Positions 8,257 to 17,692 of a stretch of DNA of 32,000 bases are shown here, piece after piece. Both the position numbers and the translations under genes were made by a program. Every line of letters starts with the position of its first letter. The first letter of the stretch is position 1. The DNA lies in assembly GCA_963705375.1 (NCBI GenBank), contig OY970071.1, positions 330,001 through 362,000 of the forward strand, in the 5' to 3' direction. The notes beneath the pieces were generated by a model. That model was not told the DNA's origin. It saw only the letters and a program-made list of their open reading frames with translations, and did not search any database. The stretch comes from Candidatus Saccharimonadota bacterium. GTDB lineage: Archaea > Micrarchaeota > Micrarchaeia > Micrarchaeales > Micrarchaeaceae.

Positions 8257-10041
8257 TTAGTCTTCGACATAGTCTCCGGACGCTTCCTTCTGCGCCTTTA
8301 ATTCTTGTTTTGATGGGATGTGGGCAGGGATCGCGATGTCCATGAGCCTCAAGAATGAATTGGTGAGGTTTCCAGACCAGATTATGTCCGTATCGAAAGC
8401 GTGTTGCGATTTGTACGTTTCGGCAAGAGCGGCCTGCTCATACATTATTCGGTCAAAGAGCAGCTTATATGCGTATTCTGGGCCAACTGTGCCCCGCATC
8501 TTCGTAAGGAACGCCTGGAACTCTTCTTGATCGAAAATTGATGGCGAGAAAGTGAGCTCATGGAATTCTAAGAGTGCTGCAAACCACGAGAGCTTGTAGG
8601 AATATAGTTGATTTGCGTGTGGAAGGGTCTGGAATTTTTTAGCACCTTGCCCATCAAGCCACGCTATTGTGAATAACAAATTGGGTTCGATACCGACCGC
8701 TCCGTGTTCCATCATTTCTTTCAATTTGCCATTAACATAAACTAATGTGCGTTCTAGATTATGGTTTTCGAAGTGGGCGTCCAGAGCATTTATCATGCCA
8801 TTAAGTTCTTGGTCAGAAGTGACTGGAGGTTTCTCGACCACAGGCTCTGTGTTCTTGAGTATGCGCTTTAAAATTTCGATGCGCGTTTCTTGCTTATTGT
8901 TCCCAGGGGGAATTTCGTCGTAGAAAACCTTATTGGGCTTCGGATTACTTTTGACATGCATACGAACCTCTTCAGGGAGAGCATCTTCGTCAGAAGGGTA
9001 TAAACCGACCTCTCGGCATATTCCCTGGAGATGTGCAGAATAGGATTCGCCGTCATAGGCTATTGCCCTGTTTATGACGTCATCTAGATCTGCCCCTCTG
9101 CCAGTAGTATAATAACCAATGAGTGTCTTGACGAGTTCGTGCACATAAGGCCTTTGGTCATGGGCTATCTCTCTAAAGCTTGACCAGTTGAGGTCGATGG
9201 CATCGGTCCTGTTTTGATCCAACTTTGCCAGTGTGGTGCCCGGAACCTGTCTCATGTCCATCAGAAGCTCGTTTATGTGCAAAGGCGTTACATCGAGGGC
9301 GTAGCAACGGATCACCAGATCTCCAAGACCAAATTCACCGTGCCCCATTGCAAATATGTTTTTGTCCACCGCACGCAATATGTCCACTTGCGGATCATTA
9401 TTCACGAGGGCAGGGAGCAGCTTGTTTATAAAACTGTCCGCACTTCCCTTGGCCAATAAATGGTTGGAGGCATAATAGTCGATGGATTCGATGAATAGTT
9501 TTTGTATGTCAGCATCGAGTTGTGGCACCTTCTTGTAAAGGTCCAAAAGCAAGAGCGTCTGCTCTGGACTATGCATAGATACGCCATCCCTTATTGCACG
9601 CATTGCCCAACCACGAAGCGAGCCACATTCAATATTTTCTGGTTTTGAAAAGACATAGGTGAAAACTTCGAGCGCGGCATCGAAATGTTCTCTTAGATCT
9701 TCCAGACCCAGAGGGGGCCTGCAACTCATTAGCTCCAGGAGGAGGTGCTCATATGCCCGACCGCGTTCCTTAACAGCATCAGCGTCTTGTCCTTTGAAGA
9801 ACAGCTCACCCCAGGCGTGTGCCTGGTGTTTGAAGAAGCGGGTTACGCCTTCAGGATCTTGGAGAAGCGTGGGCAGATCATTGGACGCACTTGGTTTCAT
9901 GATGTGTTCGATTTCTGACAGCATGCCCCCCATGGACTTGCCATACTGTGCTATCGATGCCACCTTATCTCGCGAAGGTTTTGCTTCCTCATCATGATTG
10001 GGTTTTTCTTCCTGCTGTACGTTGCTTTTCGTGGCTTTCAT
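8257..10041 (-). CDS. Hypothetical protein, 594 aa, apparently alpha-helical, no recognisable domain
   Basis: Long uninterrupted ORF. An ATATATAT box at about 10071-10078 lies roughly 30 bp upstream of the ATG at 10041. Confidence 0.6.
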   Translation of the reverse strand: MKATKSNVQQEEKPNHDEEAKPSRDKVASIAQYGKSMGGMLSEIEHIMKPSASNDLPTLLQDPEGVTRFFKHQAHAWGELFFKGQDADAVKERGRAYEHLLLELMSCRPPLGLEDLREHFDAALEVFTYVFSKPENIECGSLRGWAMRAIRDGVSMHSPEQTLLLLDLYKKVPQLDADIQKLFIESIDYYASNHLLAKGSADSFINKLLPALVNNDPQVDILRAVDKNIFAMGHGEFGLGDLVIRCYALDVTPLHINELLMDMRQVPGTTLAKLDQNRTDAIDLNWSSFREIAHDQRPYVHELVKTLIGYYTTGRGADLDDVINRAIAYDGESYSAHLQGICREVGLYPSDEDALPEEVRMHVKSNPKPNKVFYDEIPPGNNKQETRIEILKRILKNTEPVVEKPPVTSDQELNGMINALDAHFENHNLERTLVYVNGKLKEMMEHGAVGIEPNLLFTIAWLDGQGAKKFQTLPHANQLYSYKLSWFAALLEFHELTFSPSIFDQEEFQAFLTKMRGTVGPEYAYKLLFDRIMYEQAALAETYKSQHAFDTDIIWSGNLTNSFLRLMDIAIPAHIPSKQELKAQKEASGDYVED

Positions 10042-10305
10042 AGCACATCAAACATATTGGGGCGTGGACGATATATATGCCTTGCGTAGTTAAGTGACAA
10101 AAACGAAAGGGGAGTCTTCTGAAAAGAAAAATTTGCAACTGCGCAAAACCGGCCAGTACATTTTATTGTACTGTTCTTTGCTTATTAAGCAGGATGAGGC
10201 CCTGGCGGGCTCGCGCCTGCCAGGGTGGGTGGTTGGTGAAAATGGGCGTTAGCGTTAATCAAAAAATAAAGATGGGGTGGATTTCTCCATCCCGTCTGCA
10301 GAACA

Positions 10306-10557
10306 TCACTTGTTTCCGCCTAGTCTCTGAATTCTGTCTGCAAGTTTAGAACTACCGCTGAATTGAACGTCCAAGGTGTCGTAAGCGAAGTCCTGCGCTT
10401 TGGCTTTTCTATTGCCTTCATACTCTCCTTGCATTGCCATATGTTGGGTCATGTGCATTTTTTGCATTCGATCACTGCTACATATTATTCTTTTTCCAGA
10501 TATATATGCATTGCCAATTATTGCAATTTCTTTGTTAAAGTTTGTTATTTTGCACAT
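10306..10557 (-). CDS. Small hypothetical protein (83 aa), possibly the 3' part of an IS-interrupted ORF
   Basis: Its ATG is the first 3 nt of the IS target duplication (minus strand TGTCCGATG). See the finding at 10306-11685. Confidence 0.4.
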   Translation of the reverse strand: MCKITNFNKEIAIIGNAYISGKRIICSSDRMQKMHMTQHMAMQGEYEGNRKAKAQDFAYDTLDVQFSGSSKLADRIQRLGGNK

Positions 10558-10563
10558 CGGACA
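10555..10563. repeat. Target-site duplication, left copy (CATCGGACA)
   Basis: An identical 9-mer directly flanks both inverted repeats of the IS at 10564-11571. Confidence 0.8.
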
Positions 10564-11571
10564 GGTTCTGTAGAAATCCTCCTGACGTCGTAAATGTCTG
10601 ACACTTCCACTATTTCGGAAGGGGTATAAACCCCTCCTATCATTCTGTTTTTGGCGACAAAATGATAGTAGATAATTGGAACTCTAGATATAAGAAATTT
10701 GTAGAAATTGCGTTTCGCGAAGTGAAACGGGTGCTTAGGCCATATTCTGGAAAATTTTCAAAGAAAACATATACCCAATATCAACATGCAGTTGCAATAT
10801 TGTTGATGAAATACGAGAACAAACCGTATCGTGATGTAACCGATCTCTTGAAGGAGTTATGGACTTATTTTCGATTTGAAAAATCAGTACCGCATTTTAC
10901 AACATTGCAGAAATTTCTTAGCAGGATACCTGCATATGTGTTGGAATTCCTTTTGTCTAAGACGTATCAATTATTTGAGGCAAAAACGGCGAATGTCGGA
11001 GTAGATGGAACTGGATTCGGTGAGAACTACATGTCTTATTATTATAGGTTAAGACTGGCAGAATTTGGAGTTGAATTAAGTAAACGTAGGAAATTCATGA
11101 AACATTCTATCGCAGTAGACACAAATAATCAGGCAATAATTGCATCAGTAACCAGACAAGTGCCAAGACACGATACTATCGACTTTAAACCGCTTGTAGA
11201 GGCAAGTAGCGAATTAGTTGAGATAAGAAACGTAACCGCAGACAAAGGATATGATTCAGAGGCAAACCACGAATTTGTACGTGAAGTAATAGGTGGTAAA
11301 TCAATAATACCTCTGAGGCCAGTAAAATCTGGGTTAAATATGAAGGGTAAGTACCGGAGAATGTTACTTCTGCACTTTCCAATTCGACAGTACCATCAAA
11401 GAAGTAAGGTAGAAACAGTGAATTTTGTAGAAAAGAGGAAATTTGGGAGTGAATTACATAGCAGACTTTTGCGTTTACGAAGAAGAGAGCTGAAAATGAT
11501 CGACATTGTATACAATATTTACCGATATATGAAAATTAATTCTATGTCGATAATAGGATTTCTACAGGGCT
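10564..11571 (+). mobile_element. IS element, IS5 family (IS903-like), 1008 bp
   Basis: IRL is GGTTCTGTAGAAATCCT. The reverse complement of IRR is AGCCCTGTAGAAATCCT, with the inner 13 nt perfect. It has a 9-bp direct repeat and a single DDE transposase ORF. Confidence 0.85.
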
Positions 11572-11594
11572 CATCGGACAGAAGGACGAAATAA
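10662..11594 (+). CDS. DDE transposase (IS4/IS5 superfamily)
   Basis: Candidate catalytic triad contexts: VGVDGTGF, TADKGYDS, YHQRSKVETVN. The ORF reads through IRR and the TSD and stops in flanking DNA. A TATAAA box lies at about 10625. Confidence 0.85.
   Translation: MIVDNWNSRYKKFVEIAFREVKRVLRPYSGKFSKKTYTQYQHAVAILLMKYENKPYRDVTDLLKELWTYFRFEKSVPHFTTLQKFLSRIPAYVLEFLLSKTYQLFEAKTANVGVDGTGFGENYMSYYYRLRLAEFGVELSKRRKFMKHSIAVDTNNQAIIASVTRQVPRHDTIDFKPLVEASSELVEIRNVTADKGYDSEANHEFVREVIGGKSIIPLRPVKSGLNMKGKYRRMLLLHFPIRQYHQRSKVETVNFVEKRKFGSELHSRLLRLRRRELKMIDIVYNIYRYMKINSMSIIGFLQGSSDRRTK
11572..11580. repeat. Target-site duplication, right copy (CATCGGACA)
   Basis: Identical to 10555-10563 and directly abuts IRR. 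Confidence 0.8.
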
Positions 11595-11709
11595 CATGGC
11601 GCATAAGCGTTTGGCGTTCTGCATGTTCGCAGTTTTGGAGCGTCACAGTACAGGCGTCCGACGACAAAGCCGTCTGTAGCATCATTTGCAATTATTATCC
11701 GGAGACACC

Positions 11710-11988
11710 TCATATCGGAGAGGTATTTGTCCTGCCTTTGTTGCTTGCGCCGCGTGCATGACTGTGAGACGCCATTCTGTTCATCGCCGCACTATAAGTA
11801 TCCTGGAAATGACCTGATTTTTTGGATGGATCGAAATGCCCGGCATGGCCGGATGTACCCTGCGCTGCGTCCTTCAGTGCATCGTGCATTTCATCGCCCT
11901 GCCCTGTGCTCTGCTTGCTACGAAGAATTCTGCATATGCGACTATCATCGAACCTCTCATTTGACATGAAATCACTGCCGCATATCAC
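11710..11988 (-). CDS. Hypothetical small protein (92 aa, or less from an internal Met)
   Basis: The only sizeable ORF in this gap. Low-complexity His/Gly/Ser-rich sequence with no motif. Confidence 0.3.
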   Translation of the reverse strand: MICGSDFMSNERFDDSRICRILRSKQSTGQGDEMHDALKDAAQGTSGHAGHFDPSKKSGHFQDTYSAAMNRMASHSHARGASNKGRTNTSPI

Positions 11989-12135
11989 TCCATTAACGAA
12001 TAAATACCTTGTGTTTTATTGCAATTTGATTGAAATAATCTGCGATTTTGTAAAACAGCAAACGGTGTGCAAAGAGCGATCGAGAGATCATTTCAGAGTT
12101 CGCGTGTTTTCGCATGCCACGAACTCGATGATTAC

Positions 12136-12143
12136 TTTATAAA
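12136..12143 (+). promoter_or_regulatory. TATA-box-like element (TTTATAAA) for the 2-oxoacid dehydrogenase operon
   Basis: It lies about 30-37 bp upstream of the only in-frame start candidate, a TTG at 12173. An in-frame stop at 12140 excludes any start further upstream. Confidence 0.45.
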
Positions 12144-12172
12144 TTTTTGCAGATATATGGTGCAGTGGTTGT

Positions 12173-13243
12173 TTGCTTAAGAGGATTTTTGATAGTTCTA
12201 TAGACTATCTGCAGGTGCTTGACGAGAATAGCAACGTAGACTCTGCACTATTTCCCAAGGGCCTTGACGACAACAAGATAGCAGAGATGTACAAGTTCCT
12301 CTCATTCACAAGAGCGGTGGATGCGAAATGCGTGAGCCTGCAAAGGCAGGGAAGGCTTGCGACATATGCCCCGTCGCTCGGAGAGGAGGCGACGCAGGTG
12401 GGCAGCGCAATGGTGATGCGCCAGAATGACATATTCGTGCCTAATTTCAGGCAGCATGGCACTTTCATAGTAAGAGGCATGCCCCTTGACATATTCTTCT
12501 TGTACTGGAGAGGATTCGAGAACGGGTGCGTGATACCGCAGAACGTGAAAGGGCTTCCGTACATAGTGCCGGTTTCTACGCAGCTTCTTCATGCGGCAGG
12601 CATGGCTTTTGCGCAGAAATATGCGAAGAAAGACGTCGCAGTAATAACGTATGTCGGCGATGGCGGCACTTCTGAAGGAGACTTCTACGAGGCGATGAAC
12701 TTTGCAGGAGTCTTCAAGGTACCTCTAGTCACGATCATAGAAAACAACCAGTGGGCAATATCTGTGCCGAGAAGCAGGCAGAGCGCAGCCCAGACGCTTG
12801 CGCAGAAGGGCATCGCCGCAGGAATAAAGTGCCTGCAGGTTGATGGGAACGACGTCATTGCAGTGTACAAAGCTGTCAGCGACGCGATAGCGGATTCGAA
12901 GAACGGACCTACGCTCATAGAGTGCGTCACATACAGGATGGGCATGCACACGACATCGGACGATCCTACGAAATACAGGAGCGACGAAGAGGCAAAGGCA
13001 TGGGAAAAGAAAGATCCCATACTTCGCGTCAGGAAGTACCTTACCGGCAAAGCGCTCTGGAACGATACCCTGGAGGCAAGCATGCAGGATGACTTCAAGA
13101 AAAAGATAGACGAAGCGGTAGAAAAGGCAGAAGCGTTCAAGCCGGATCCAAAAGAGATGTTCGAGCACGTTTACAGCTTCATGCCGCAGGCTCTGAAAGA
13201 CGAGTACGATGAGGCAGTGAAGGAAAACTTCTGGCAGGTGTGA
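12173..13243 (+). CDS. 2-oxoacid (pyruvate/branched-chain) dehydrogenase E1 alpha subunit, TPP-dependent
   Basis: TPP-binding motif GDGGTSEGDFYEAMNFA...ENNQWAIS, and MGMHTTSDDPTKYR (the region of the E1a phospho-loop). TTG start inferred; an alternative GTG lies at 12215. Confidence 0.88.
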   Translation: MLKRIFDSSIDYLQVLDENSNVDSALFPKGLDDNKIAEMYKFLSFTRAVDAKCVSLQRQGRLATYAPSLGEEATQVGSAMVMRQNDIFVPNFRQHGTFIVRGMPLDIFFLYWRGFENGCVIPQNVKGLPYIVPVSTQLLHAAGMAFAQKYAKKDVAVITYVGDGGTSEGDFYEAMNFAGVFKVPLVTIIENNQWAISVPRSRQSAAQTLAQKGIAAGIKCLQVDGNDVIAVYKAVSDAIADSKNGPTLIECVTYRMGMHTTSDDPTKYRSDEEAKAWEKKDPILRVRKYLTGKALWNDTLEASMQDDFKKKIDEAVEKAEAFKPDPKEMFEHVYSFMPQALKDEYDEAVKENFWQV

Positions 13244-13247
13244 TATT

Positions 13248-14213
13248 ATGCAAATGAACATGGCAGCAGCAATAAACAATGCGCTTGATAGCATACTTGC
13301 CGAGAATCCAAATTCAGTGATACTTGGAGAGGACATTGGAAAAGATGGCGGAGTCTTCAGGGTCACTGACGGTTTGTTTGACAAATACGGCCCTAGCAGG
13401 CTGATGGACACGCCGCTTGCCGAATCCGGCATAATAGGCGTTTCGATAGGCATGGCGCTTGCGGGCATGCTTCCGATTCCAGAGATACAGTTTGCAGGAT
13501 TCTCATACTTGAGCTTCGATCAGCTCGTAAGCCACGCTGCGAGGTACAGGAGCAGGACACGCTCAGTTTTCGCAGTGCCGATGATAGTCAGGATGCCGGT
13601 AAGCGGAGGGGTAAGGGCGCTGGAGCACCATTCGGAGAGCCCGGAAACATACTATGCACATCCTGGTGGATTGATAGTGGTAGAGCCATCAACGCCTTAC
13701 GATGCAAAGGGCCTACTCATACGCGCATCGCACATGCACGACACTGTGATGTTCCTCGAACCAACAAAGCTTTACAGGTTGTTCAAGCAAGAGGTCCCAG
13801 AAGACAGTTACGAAGTTGAGATAGGCAAGGCAAGTAAGATCAGGGACGGTGATGACCTGAGCATAATCACCTACGGCACGATGGTGAACGTTGTGAAGAG
13901 CGTGACGGAGAAGAAGAACCTCTCTGCGGACATAATAGACCTGCGCACCATAAACCCGATAGACAACGACGCAATAATAAAGAGTGCGAAGAAGACAGGC
14001 AAGGTGCTCATAGTGCATGAAGCACAGAGAAGTTTCGGAGTAGGGGCGGAGATCTCTGCAAGAGTGGCTGAAGAGGCAATATTCGAACTGGATGCGCCGA
14101 TAATGCGCGTAGCAGCACCTAGCATACCGTATCCGTTTCCTGGTTATGAGCAGTTCTACTTACCAAACGAAGACAAGATATCGAAGGCGATAGACAAACT
14201 GCTTGCGGAGTGA
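13248..14213 (+). CDS. 2-oxoacid dehydrogenase E1 beta subunit
   Basis: A transketolase-like pyrimidine-binding and C-terminal domain pattern (DTPLAESGIIGVSIGMALAG, EIQFAGF). It starts 4 nt after the E1a stop. Confidence 0.9.
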   Translation: MQMNMAAAINNALDSILAENPNSVILGEDIGKDGGVFRVTDGLFDKYGPSRLMDTPLAESGIIGVSIGMALAGMLPIPEIQFAGFSYLSFDQLVSHAARYRSRTRSVFAVPMIVRMPVSGGVRALEHHSESPETYYAHPGGLIVVEPSTPYDAKGLLIRASHMHDTVMFLEPTKLYRLFKQEVPEDSYEVEIGKASKIRDGDDLSIITYGTMVNVVKSVTEKKNLSADIIDLRTINPIDNDAIIKSAKKTGKVLIVHEAQRSFGVGAEISARVAEEAIFELDAPIMRVAAPSIPYPFPGYEQFYLPNEDKISKAIDKLLAE

Positions 14214-14217
14214 GCGT

Positions 14218-15435
14218 GTGAAGGAGATACGATTTGTAGATGTCGGAGAGGGCATAACGGAAGGCCACCTGCAGAAGTGGCTCGTCAAGGACGGCGACCA
14301 GGTGAAAGAAGACCAGAGCATAGTGCAGGTAGAGACCGACAAAGCGATCGTAAACGTCCCTGCACCAATAGACGGAATGCTAAGGATAGTCGCAAAGGAC
14401 GGCACAACGCTTCATGTGGGCGACACGCTTGCGTACATAGGAACACCGCAGGAGCTCACCAACATTCCAAAGCAGCAGACGCAGCCAGCTCAGAAAAGCG
14501 CACCGTCAGCTGCAGAAAAACCTGCAGCAGCACGTGCAACAGCAAAGGCAGATATACTTGCAACGCCTGCGCTGCGCAAGCTAGCGCATGAACTCGGCGT
14601 TGACATGACGCAGGTGCACGGCACCGGACCTGCAGGCCGAATACTCGAAAACGACGTGAGAGCGTATGTAGGAGGGACGCAGCAGAAAGCAGTGCCCAAG
14701 TTCTCAGAGCTGCTCGAAGAAAAGCACGAAGAAGAGATAGAGCGCATTCCGCTCACGCAGACCAGAAAAGCAATCGCAAAGAACATGGAGGCTTCGTTGG
14801 CGATACCGGCAGCGGTCCACATGGACCTTATTGATGCGCAGGCGTTGTTCAATGTTGTGCAAAAGGAGAAGGCACGGATCCATAAAGATCTGGGAGTGAA
14901 GCTGACGTTCCTGCCCTTCATAATAAAAGCCACTGTAGAAGCGCTTAAATTGAATCCGAATTTCAATGCGAGCTACGACCATGATAAACTCGAGATAATA
15001 AGGAAGAAATACTACAACATGGGGTTGGCCGCAGAGGCGCCGGACGGGCTCAAGGTCGTAGTCATAAAGAACGCTGACAAGAAAAGCATCATAAGCATTG
15101 CAAAAGAGATACAGCAGTTCCACCAGAAGCTGATCGACCAGACAATAACTCTTGAGGAGATGCGTGACAACACATTCACAATAACGAACATAGGCAGCCT
15201 CGGAGGAGGCTTCCTCTCGGTTCCGATAATAAACCACCCTGACGTTGCGATACTTGGCACGCACCTGATAAGGGACATGCCGGTGGTAAAGGACGGCAAG
15301 ATTGTTGTCGGCAAGGTGTTCCCCGTTTCTCTAGTGTTTGACCACAGGGTCGTGGACGGAGCAGAAGCAGTCCGTTTCTGCAACGACATAAGAGAGCGCA
15401 TAGAGGATGTTGACTTCTTAGAGTTAGAAGAGTAG
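14218..15435 (+). CDS. Dihydrolipoamide acyltransferase (E2)
   Basis: Lipoyl domain with VETDKAIVNVPAP. Ala/Pro linker. Subunit-binding domain ATPALRKLAHELGVDMTQVHGTGPAGRI. Catalytic DHRVVDGA. GTG start at 14218 chosen because it gives MKEIRFVDVGEG; the track start at 14203 overlaps the E1b stop. Confidence 0.9.
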   Translation: MKEIRFVDVGEGITEGHLQKWLVKDGDQVKEDQSIVQVETDKAIVNVPAPIDGMLRIVAKDGTTLHVGDTLAYIGTPQELTNIPKQQTQPAQKSAPSAAEKPAAARATAKADILATPALRKLAHELGVDMTQVHGTGPAGRILENDVRAYVGGTQQKAVPKFSELLEEKHEEEIERIPLTQTRKAIAKNMEASLAIPAAVHMDLIDAQALFNVVQKEKARIHKDLGVKLTFLPFIIKATVEALKLNPNFNASYDHDKLEIIRKKYYNMGLAAEAPDGLKVVVIKNADKKSIISIAKEIQQFHQKLIDQTITLEEMRDNTFTITNIGSLGGGFLSVPIINHPDVAILGTHLIRDMPVVKDGKIVVGKVFPVSLVFDHRVVDGAEAVRFCNDIRERIEDVDFLELEE

Positions 15436-15448
15436 GTGTGTTGATTAC

Positions 15449-16816
15449 ATGGTCATGGGTTCGTTGCCTCAGCAAGTTGATTTGGCAGTCATAGGAGGAG
15501 GTGTCGGCGGCTATTTTGCGGCGATACGCGCAGCGCAGCTTGGCATGGATGTCGCCATTGTCGAAAAGGACAGGTTAGGAGGGCACTGCCCAAACTATGC
15601 GTGCATACCATCCAAGACGCTGATACGAATAGCTGACATTTTCTATACAGCACAGCATTCCCAACAGTTCGGAATAAAGGCATCTGCGACTATCGATGCC
15701 AAGAAGATGCTCGAATGGCGCATGGGCGTGTCGAAGAAACTTGAGGATGGCGTCGCATATCTCTGCAAGTCCAACGGCATTGACGTAATCAATGCAACGG
15801 CCACATTCATTTCGCCAAATTCACTCCAACTCACCAACGGAGTAACCTTGACATTCAAGAAGGCAGTGATTGCAACTGGTTCCGAGCCTACGCCGCTCAA
15901 GGGATTCGAGTTCGGCAACGGCATATTAGATTACAAACAGGCACTCATGCTTGATTACATACCGAAATCGCTGGCGATAATCGGCGCGGGCTATGTCGCA
16001 GTGGAACTCGGCATGCTCTTTTCGAAATTGGGATCCGAAGTGCACATAGTAGCAAGGTCCGATGTGCTTCGTACGTTCGACAGCGATGCAGTATCTGTAA
16101 TAAAGAAGTGCATGCAGGAGCTAGGGATAACGGTGCACACAGGAGTTACTCCAGTGGCACACGACAGCAACTCTGTGACGCTAAGCAATGGAGACAGGCT
16201 CACTGCAGCCACGATCATTGTTGCGATAGGCTTATCGCCATACACAGCAGGCCTTGAGCTCGAGAACGCGAAGGTCGAACTCGACGAGAAGGGCTTTGTA
16301 AAGGTCGACGATTCGTTGAGAACATCAAATCCGAGCATTCTCGCTGTAGGTGACGTGATAGGAGAACCTATGCTGGCGCACAAGGCAATGCGCCAGGGAA
16401 TAGTGGCGGCAGAGGTCGCTTCCGGAACGAACACATCCTACGACAACACAGTAGTTCCTGCAGTCATATTCTCCGATCCTGAAGTGGCAATTGCAGGTAG
16501 CGTCGAAGAGACTGAAAGGATAAAAGTGACTAAATTCCCGATGACTGCGATAGGGCGTGCGATCGCACTGAACACTACAAAGGGCTTCGCCAAGATAGCA
16601 TACGACGAGAACAGCATAGTGAAGGGAATTGAGATTGTATCCGAAGACGCAAGCGCCATGATATCAGAGGCCGCACTCGCGATAGAGATGGGTGCGACGC
16701 TGGAAGACATAGCGGACACGATACATCCGCACCCCACATACAGCGAAGCAGTGCAAGAAACGGCGGAGGCAGCCCTCGGAAGGCCTATACACTTTTTCTA
16801 CGGCAACAAGAAGTAA
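15449..16816 (+). CDS. lpdA: Dihydrolipoamide dehydrogenase (E3)
   Basis: FAD motif VIGGGVGG. Redox disulfide GGHCPNYACIPSK (CxxxxC). NAD motif IIGAGYVAVE. C-terminal HPHPTYSE. Confidence 0.9.
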   Translation: MVMGSLPQQVDLAVIGGGVGGYFAAIRAAQLGMDVAIVEKDRLGGHCPNYACIPSKTLIRIADIFYTAQHSQQFGIKASATIDAKKMLEWRMGVSKKLEDGVAYLCKSNGIDVINATATFISPNSLQLTNGVTLTFKKAVIATGSEPTPLKGFEFGNGILDYKQALMLDYIPKSLAIIGAGYVAVELGMLFSKLGSEVHIVARSDVLRTFDSDAVSVIKKCMQELGITVHTGVTPVAHDSNSVTLSNGDRLTAATIIVAIGLSPYTAGLELENAKVELDEKGFVKVDDSLRTSNPSILAVGDVIGEPMLAHKAMRQGIVAAEVASGTNTSYDNTVVPAVIFSDPEVAIAGSVEETERIKVTKFPMTAIGRAIALNTTKGFAKIAYDENSIVKGIEIVSEDASAMISEAALAIEMGATLEDIADTIHPHPTYSEAVQETAEAALGRPIHFFYGNKK

Positions 16817-16852
16817 GATATAGAAACATGATGTTGTTAGTATACGCAGGAT

Positions 16853-17590
16853 GTGTGCATGGACCCGAAGCCTATGCAATTGCAGCACAAGAAATACACC
16901 ATAAGCTACAGGAACAGTGAAACGCCTGACGTCTGCCTGTTCAGGTTCAAATCCAGCGATTCGACAAAGGTGGACTTCAGGCCAGGCATGTTCGTGATGC
17001 TCGAATATTGTGATACTGTGGCCTGCACCACATTGTCACGCGCATATTCGATAGCTTCTGCACCACAGCAGGACTTTCTTGAATTCCTGATCAGCATGGT
17101 TCACGGCCCATTCACGTCGCACCTTGACACGGCGAAGGTCGGGGACGAATATTTCATCACAGGCCCTTATGGCCAGTTTGCGTTCTCGCCAGATACAGAC
17201 AAGAAGGTGCTTTTCATCGCCGGAGGCACTGGTGTTTCACCGTTCATGTCGATGCTCAGGGAGATAAAGCTGATGGGGTTGGACACTGACGTGTGCATGA
17301 TATACAGCATCAGATACCCAAACGAGATAATAAGGAAGGCAGAGCTCGAAGAGCTCGCCAGCCAGATAAAGCTAAAGCTAAGCGCGACAGTGACAAGGCC
17401 ACAGCCGGGTGACGGCTGGACAGGCGAAACCGGGCACATAGACGCCAGCATGATAAAGAGACTGGTGCCGGACTACGCGCAGAGGGTGCCGTACATATGC
17501 GGACCTCTGGCTTTTTCAAAGGCCATGAAAGAGGCTCTTGCCGCAGTAGGCGTGCCTGCCGCAGGAATCAAAGCAGACATATGGGGCTGA
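16853..17590 (+). CDS. FNR-family FAD/NAD(P)-binding oxidoreductase
   Basis: FAD-binding RAYSIAS, and NAD(P)-binding FIAGGTGVSPFMSM followed by CGP. The start is either GTG at 16853 or ATG at 16859. Confidence 0.75.
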   Translation: MCMDPKPMQLQHKKYTISYRNSETPDVCLFRFKSSDSTKVDFRPGMFVMLEYCDTVACTTLSRAYSIASAPQQDFLEFLISMVHGPFTSHLDTAKVGDEYFITGPYGQFAFSPDTDKKVLFIAGGTGVSPFMSMLREIKLMGLDTDVCMIYSIRYPNEIIRKAELEELASQIKLKLSATVTRPQPGDGWTGETGHIDASMIKRLVPDYAQRVPYICGPLAFSKAMKEALAAVGVPAAGIKADIWG

Positions 17591-17692
17591 ATAGACCATT
17601 CATAGGATCATGTACATTATTGAGCATTTGTTGCGGAGGGCGTTGGGACACAATTTCCACTTTTCGCACCCTGCGAACTAACCTATGGTGCG

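Noticed and set aside
10046-10054. CATCAAACA just upstream of the 594-aa gene start, as a possible unoccupied IS target.
   Set aside because: The shared 8-mer CATCAAAC is expected about once by chance in 32 kb counting both strands, and the flanks do not match the extended motif.
10154-10226. Two hairpins in the 264-bp gap: CAGTACA-tttta-TGTACTG, and a GC-rich CCCTGGCGGGC/GCCTGCCAGGG. They were considered as an ncRNA.
   Set aside because: They lie downstream of the 83-aa ORF and upstream of the 594-aa gene's promoter, which fits terminator or insulator structure. Sequence alone gives no other support for an RNA gene.
12205-16737. Numerous long antisense ORFs inside the dehydrogenase operon, for example 12725-13468, 14490-14966, 14704-15264 and 15991-16434 on the minus strand.
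   Set aside because: These are shadow ORFs opposite strongly recognisable genes. Their sequences are low-complexity Ser/Ala/Cys-rich with no motifs. The same applies to the antisense ORFs listed within other confident CDSs.
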